Under the pieces are notes generated by a model. It saw only the letters and a list, made by a program, of their open reading frames with translations. It had not been told where the DNA came from and made no database searches. Positions 47,463 to 51,401 of a stretch of 51,401 bases of DNA are shown here, in pieces (position 1 is the first letter of the stretch; the number at the start of each line of letters is the position of its first letter). The translations under genes were made by a program, and so were the position numbers. This DNA comes from an uncultured Eubacteriales bacterium (GTDB lineage Bacteria; Bacillota; Clostridia; Lachnospirales; Lachnospiraceae), in NCBI GenBank assembly GCA_900318695.1, contig ONLM01000205.1:1-51401 (forward strand), in the 5' to 3' direction.

Positions 47463-48545
47463 TTATTTCTCCTTTCCATTCTTCTGCATGCCAAATTTCA
47501 TTAATACCCTCTCTCGGAAAGAGATCAGCGCCGGTGCAGATGTAAACAACATCATCATAATAAGAATTACCGCATAGATCAGCATACGATAATCATTAAG
47601 ATTACGAAGAACCTCCGGAAGTAATGTAAGAATTACCGCAGAGATGACGGATCCGCGAATATTGCCGATACCGCCCATAACAACAAATACAAGAATCATA
47701 ATGGACTGGTTGTATCCAAAGTTCTTCGGCAAAGCCTGCAAAGAACTAAGATTATGTGCGTAAAGCACACCACCCACTCCGGCAATCGCCGCAGAAAGAG
47801 TAAAAGCAAGCAGTTTGTATTTTGTAATATTTAATCCGATCGACTCTGCCGCGATACGGTTATCACGGATTGCCATGATTGCACGGCCGGTTCTTGAATT
47901 CATGAGATTTAATACTACAAACAAAGCAATCAGCAAAAGAACAATGCCAACCGTAAAATTTGACATTTTCGGTGTTCCTGTAATGCCCTGCGCACCCTTA
48001 ATAATTACTGTTCCGCCATCCATTCCCAGATCCATGCTGTCTTTCAGTGAGAAATGAGCACCATTTGCATCGACTCCAAAATACAGCGCATTGATCAGGT
48101 TTTTGATAATTTCGCCGAACGCCAATGTTACGATAGCCAGATAATCACCCTTCAGACGTAAAACCGGAATACCGATCAAAAAACCAAAAAACGCCGCGCA
48201 AAGCGCTCCGATAATAATGGCAATTGTAAAACTTATACCGGCTGGAATGCCACTGTTTTTCATCAGCATGGACCACGTTGCAGACGCAAAGGCTCCGACA
48301 CACATAAATCCGGCATGTCCCAGTGACAACTCACCGGAAATACCGACCACCAGATTCAGGCTGACTGCCATAATACTGTAAATCGTTAACGGAACCAAAA
48401 GTCCTTTCATCAAAGAACTGACATTACCGCTTTTCAGAAATAACTCTACAATTACATATACAACGACAATCATTCCATAAGTAATCAGATTGTCGCGAAA
48501 TGTTTTGGATTTAGACGAACTCATTTTCGGTTTCATTTGTATCAC
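47463..48545 (-). CDS. livM: Branched-chain amino acid ABC permease
   Basis: LSLGHAGF, LRLKGDYLAIVTLAFGE. Confidence 0.93.
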   Translation of the reverse strand: MIQMKPKMSSSKSKTFRDNLITYGMIVVVYVIVELFLKSGNVSSLMKGLLVPLTIYSIMAVSLNLVVGISGELSLGHAGFMCVGAFASATWSMLMKNSGIPAGISFTIAIIIGALCAAFFGFLIGIPVLRLKGDYLAIVTLAFGEIIKNLINALYFGVDANGAHFSLKDSMDLGMDGGTVIIKGAQGITGTPKMSNFTVGIVLLLIALFVVLNLMNSRTGRAIMAIRDNRIAAESIGLNITKYKLLAFTLSAAIAGVGGVLYAHNLSSLQALPKNFGYNQSIMILVFVVMGGIGNIRGSVISAVILTLLPEVLRNLNDYRMLIYAVILIMMMLFTSAPALISFRERVLMKFGMQKNGKEK

Positions 48546-49426
48546 ACTTTCTCCATAATCTTCTTACCAAGAATACCCGTCGGTTTCACAAGAAGCACGA
48601 CGATCAGTACTGAGAAAACGATCGCATCTGAAAGCTTCGATGAAATATATGCCTTAGAGAGATTCTCCAAAATGCCTAAAATGATTCCACCCAGAAAAGC
48701 ACCTGGCACAGAACCGATTCCGCCCAAAACAGCTGCTACGAATGCCTTAATACCCGGCATCGCACCGGTTGTCGGCGTCAAGGTCGGATAAGCCGAACAA
48801 AGAAGAATACCGCCAATGGCTGCCAAAGCGGAGCCGATCGCAAACGTCAGAGAAATGGTTTTATTAACATCCACGCCCATCAGCGTTGCGGCGCCACGGT
48901 CCTCGGATACAGCCAGCATAGCCTGTCCTGCCTTGGTCTTATTAATGAACGTTACAAGTCCAAACACAATAATAATACAGGCCAGAATAGTTACTATCGT
49001 TTCACCGGAAATGGTCAATGCACCACCGGCCAGCTTCACCGGCTCCAACGGAACAAACGACGAAAAGCTTTTAGGATTCGCACCAAATAATAGAAGCGCA
49101 AGATTCTGCAGCAGATACGATACACCGATTGCCGTAATCAATACGTTAAGAGAATTGGCCTGACGCAATGGCTTATAGGCCACTCGCTCAATCACTATGC
49201 CTAAAACGGTACATACCACCATGGAAAGAACCACGGATACCGGCATAGAAAGTCCCATTGAATTTAGTGCGAGAAATGCGGCATAGCCGCCGACCATAAG
49301 GATATCACCATGTGCAAAATTAAGCATTTTGGCAATACCATAAACCATTGTATAGCCAAGGGCAATTATTGAATAAACAGACCCCAGGCTGATACCACTC
49401 AGTAAGTAGGAAATGAAACTCATCAT
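48542..49426 (-). CDS. livH: Branched-chain amino acid ABC permease
   Basis: ALGYTMVYG, NFAHG, KAFVAAVLGGIG. Confidence 0.95.
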   Translation of the reverse strand: MMSFISYLLSGISLGSVYSIIALGYTMVYGIAKMLNFAHGDILMVGGYAAFLALNSMGLSMPVSVVLSMVVCTVLGIVIERVAYKPLRQANSLNVLITAIGVSYLLQNLALLLFGANPKSFSSFVPLEPVKLAGGALTISGETIVTILACIIIVFGLVTFINKTKAGQAMLAVSEDRGAATLMGVDVNKTISLTFAIGSALAAIGGILLCSAYPTLTPTTGAMPGIKAFVAAVLGGIGSVPGAFLGGIILGILENLSKAYISSKLSDAIVFSVLIVVLLVKPTGILGKKIMEKV

Positions 49427-49504
49427 CTCTTCTTTACTCCTTTTCTATTCTTCGGTTAAAAATCACGAGCTTGCAGCGGTAACCGCCCCATCTGCCAGAT
49501 ACTA

Positions 49505-49537
49505 ATAAAGGGTTGCTCACAATAAGCAACCCTTTAT
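49505..49537 (-). terminator. Hairpin between the binding-protein and permease genes
   Basis: ATAAAGGGTTGCT-N7-AGCAACCCTTTAT, perfect 13-bp arms. Confidence 0.75.
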
Positions 49538-49610
49538 GCTTTATTTCATCATACGTCTTTTCAGTTTGAATTACAATCTGAAGAGTCGCTCAACGGAATA
49601 ACGCTTACAA

Positions 49611-50819
49611 TTATTCTACGGCAGTATATGCTCCGTCCTTAATTACTACAGCCTTAGGCTCCTTATCAACATCACCCTTGGCATCCCACTTCATTCCGCT
49701 ACCAGTAAGACCATCATAAGTAAGTGATGCCATCTGCTCTTCAATTGCTGTTCCAATATCTGATACAGACTGATCCGGCTTAAGTCCTGCTGCTTCAATT
49801 GCCTTCTTTACAATATATACACCATCATATGCATCTGCTGCGAACTGAATCGGTGTTTCATTATATGCTTCCTTGTACTTCTTAACGAAGTTTACAGTTG
49901 CATCATCTGTTGCATCTGCTGCGAATGGTGTAAGAAGCATAAGGCCTTCTGCAAGTGAAGTATCAAAGTTTTCTACACTTAAGATACCATCCATACCGTC
50001 ACAACCGAAGAACTTGAATCCCATTCCCTTGGCCTGTGTAAGAACCAAAGCTGCCTCTGTATAGTAGAACGGAAGGAAAACAAGCTCTGCGCCACTATCC
50101 TTCATCTTGCCAAGCTGTGTAGAGAAGTCTGTCTTGGAATCTGCAGTAAACTGCTCGTCTGCCACCACTTCAAGACCTTCCTTCGGTGCTTCCTGAACGA
50201 ATGCATCATGGATACCGGATGAGTAAACATCAGAAGAATCATAAATGATACCAACCTTCGTTGCGAGCTTATGCTTTCCGATATACTCTGCTGACTTTGT
50301 GCCCTGCGCAGGATCAGAGAAGCATACTCGATATACGTTCTTCGGATTTGTGCAATCTACTGCAGATCCGGATGGAGTGATAATAAACATATTATCATTC
50401 TCAGCCTCAGTACCTACTGCAATAGTCGGTGCAGATGTTGTCGGTCCAACAAAAACCTGCATGCCCCAGTCCTTCAAAGAATTGTATGCATTTACAGCTT
50501 TTTCCTGATCATGCTCATCATCCGCCTTCTTATACTCTACCTTATAACCGTTAATACCACCATTTTCGTTAATCTCCTTAATGGCGAGCTCAGCACCGTT
50601 TGTTACAGCCAAGCCATACACAGCAGCGCCACCGGTTAATGGACCCTGGCTTCCGATCTTCCACGTAAGATCGCCCGATGCTGCAGCCGTTTCCGTGCTT
50701 TCTCCTGCAGAGCCTGCCGCAGCAGCTGTGGTTGTTGCAGCAGTTGTTCCGGATGAACCGCATGCAGTTAATGCGGTAACCATTGATGTTGCAAGTACGA
50801 CACTCAATAACTTTTTCAT
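49611..50819 (-). CDS. Branched-chain amino acid ABC substrate-binding lipoprotein (LivJ/LivK family)
   Basis: Lipobox LTAC; GPLTG, INENGGING, DFSTQL; first gene of the liv operon. Confidence 0.92.
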   Translation of the reverse strand: MKKLLSVVLATSMVTALTACGSSGTTAATTTAAAAGSAGESTETAAASGDLTWKIGSQGPLTGGAAVYGLAVTNGAELAIKEINENGGINGYKVEYKKADDEHDQEKAVNAYNSLKDWGMQVFVGPTTSAPTIAVGTEAENDNMFIITPSGSAVDCTNPKNVYRVCFSDPAQGTKSAEYIGKHKLATKVGIIYDSSDVYSSGIHDAFVQEAPKEGLEVVADEQFTADSKTDFSTQLGKMKDSGAELVFLPFYYTEAALVLTQAKGMGFKFFGCDGMDGILSVENFDTSLAEGLMLLTPFAADATDDATVNFVKKYKEAYNETPIQFAADAYDGVYIVKKAIEAAGLKPDQSVSDIGTAIEEQMASLTYDGLTGSGMKWDAKGDVDKEPKAVVIKDGAYTAVE

Positions 50820-50861
50820 AACATTTCCCTCCATGAGTTTCCCCTCTGAAACTTTTTAGTC

Positions 50862-50890
50862 ATTATAAAAAAGCGACTAACAAAAGTCAA
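50862..50890 (-). promoter_or_regulatory. liv operon promoter
   Basis: TTGACT-17-TATAAT. Confidence 0.75.
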
Positions 50891-50998
50891 TTGGTTTTAT
50901 AACGTATTTTTACACATTTGGCATGTATAATAACCATAGGTTATTGCAATCATAAAAGTATCGGATAGAACTTCAAATATTCAATTGATTTATACTAT

Positions 50999-51400
50999 TT
51001 ATTGATCAAAACGCAGCCCGTGATTCTCAATACGCTTGTCGCGAAGCATAAGATCTGAAACCGCAGCGCCGGCAGATTTTCCCTCAAATAAAATTTTATT
51101 GATCTCCATAACAATCGGCATGGATACTTCATTTTTTTCAGCAAGTGCCTTGGCTGCCTTGGCCGCATAAACACCTTCCACAACCTGCCCCACTTCCTTC
51201 ATGGCTTCTTCATAACTCATCCCTTTACCGATCATCACACCCGCCTTCCGGTTTCTGGAATGTACAGAGGCGCAGGTAACAATCAAATCGCCTATACCGC
51301 TTAATCCCTGAAAAGTCTCTACCCTGCAGCCCATTTTCACGCCAAGTCTTGTAATTTCCGCAATACCTCGTGTAATCAATGCAGCCTTTGTATTATCACC
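50999..51400 (-). CDS. gpsA: NAD(P)H-dependent glycerol-3-phosphate dehydrogenase, C-terminal part (cut by the window edge)
   Basis: [35 protein letters not shown]. Confidence 0.95.
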   Translation of the reverse strand, partial: GDNTKAALITRGIAEITRLGVKMGCRVETFQGLSGIGDLIVTCASVHSRNRKAGVMIGKGMSYEEAMKEVGQVVEGVYAAKAAKALAEKNEVSMPIVMEINKILFEGKSAGAAVSDLMLRDKRIENHGLRFDQ

Positions 51401-51401
51401 A

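Noticed and set aside
50835-50860. CodY box upstream of the liv operon
   Set aside because: The match to AATTTTCWGAAAATT is too weak to call.

Overview
A housekeeping-rich chromosomal segment of a Firmicute, probably Lachnospiraceae (inferred from gene order and protein style). All recognisable genes except the first are on the minus strand. In order: a single 357-aa Xer-type tyrosine recombinase (+), an orphan HTH gene, lexA, rsfS-yqeK-nadD-yhbY-obgE, rpmA-rplU, an NlpC/P60 hydrolase, rluD-lspA-aroB, sepF, a cell-shape operon (radC-mreC-mreD-mrdA-rodA-mgsA-like-dac), miaB-mutS-mutL-miaA-ynbB, proBA, two flavoproteins, a MurJ-like flippase, ybeY-phoH, rpsU, alaS, a beta-CASP nuclease, a liv ABC operon and a partial gpsA. 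I saw no rRNA, tRNA, CRISPR array or transposase. The most unusual part is the first 2.3 kb. A 38-bp dif-like palindrome lies directly upstream of the recombinase. Between xer and lexA is a ~900-bp islet with a 133-aa HTH protein and three related 26-bp near-palindromes (consensus ATCGGYAA-C-ATTTAAAT-W-TTRCCGAT); the extended first copy overlaps the gene's predicted promoter. Secondary observations are clean absences from conserved operons (prp with a short L27, mreB, minCDE, yggS, a yneA-like gene) and an MgsA homolog lacking catalytic residues.
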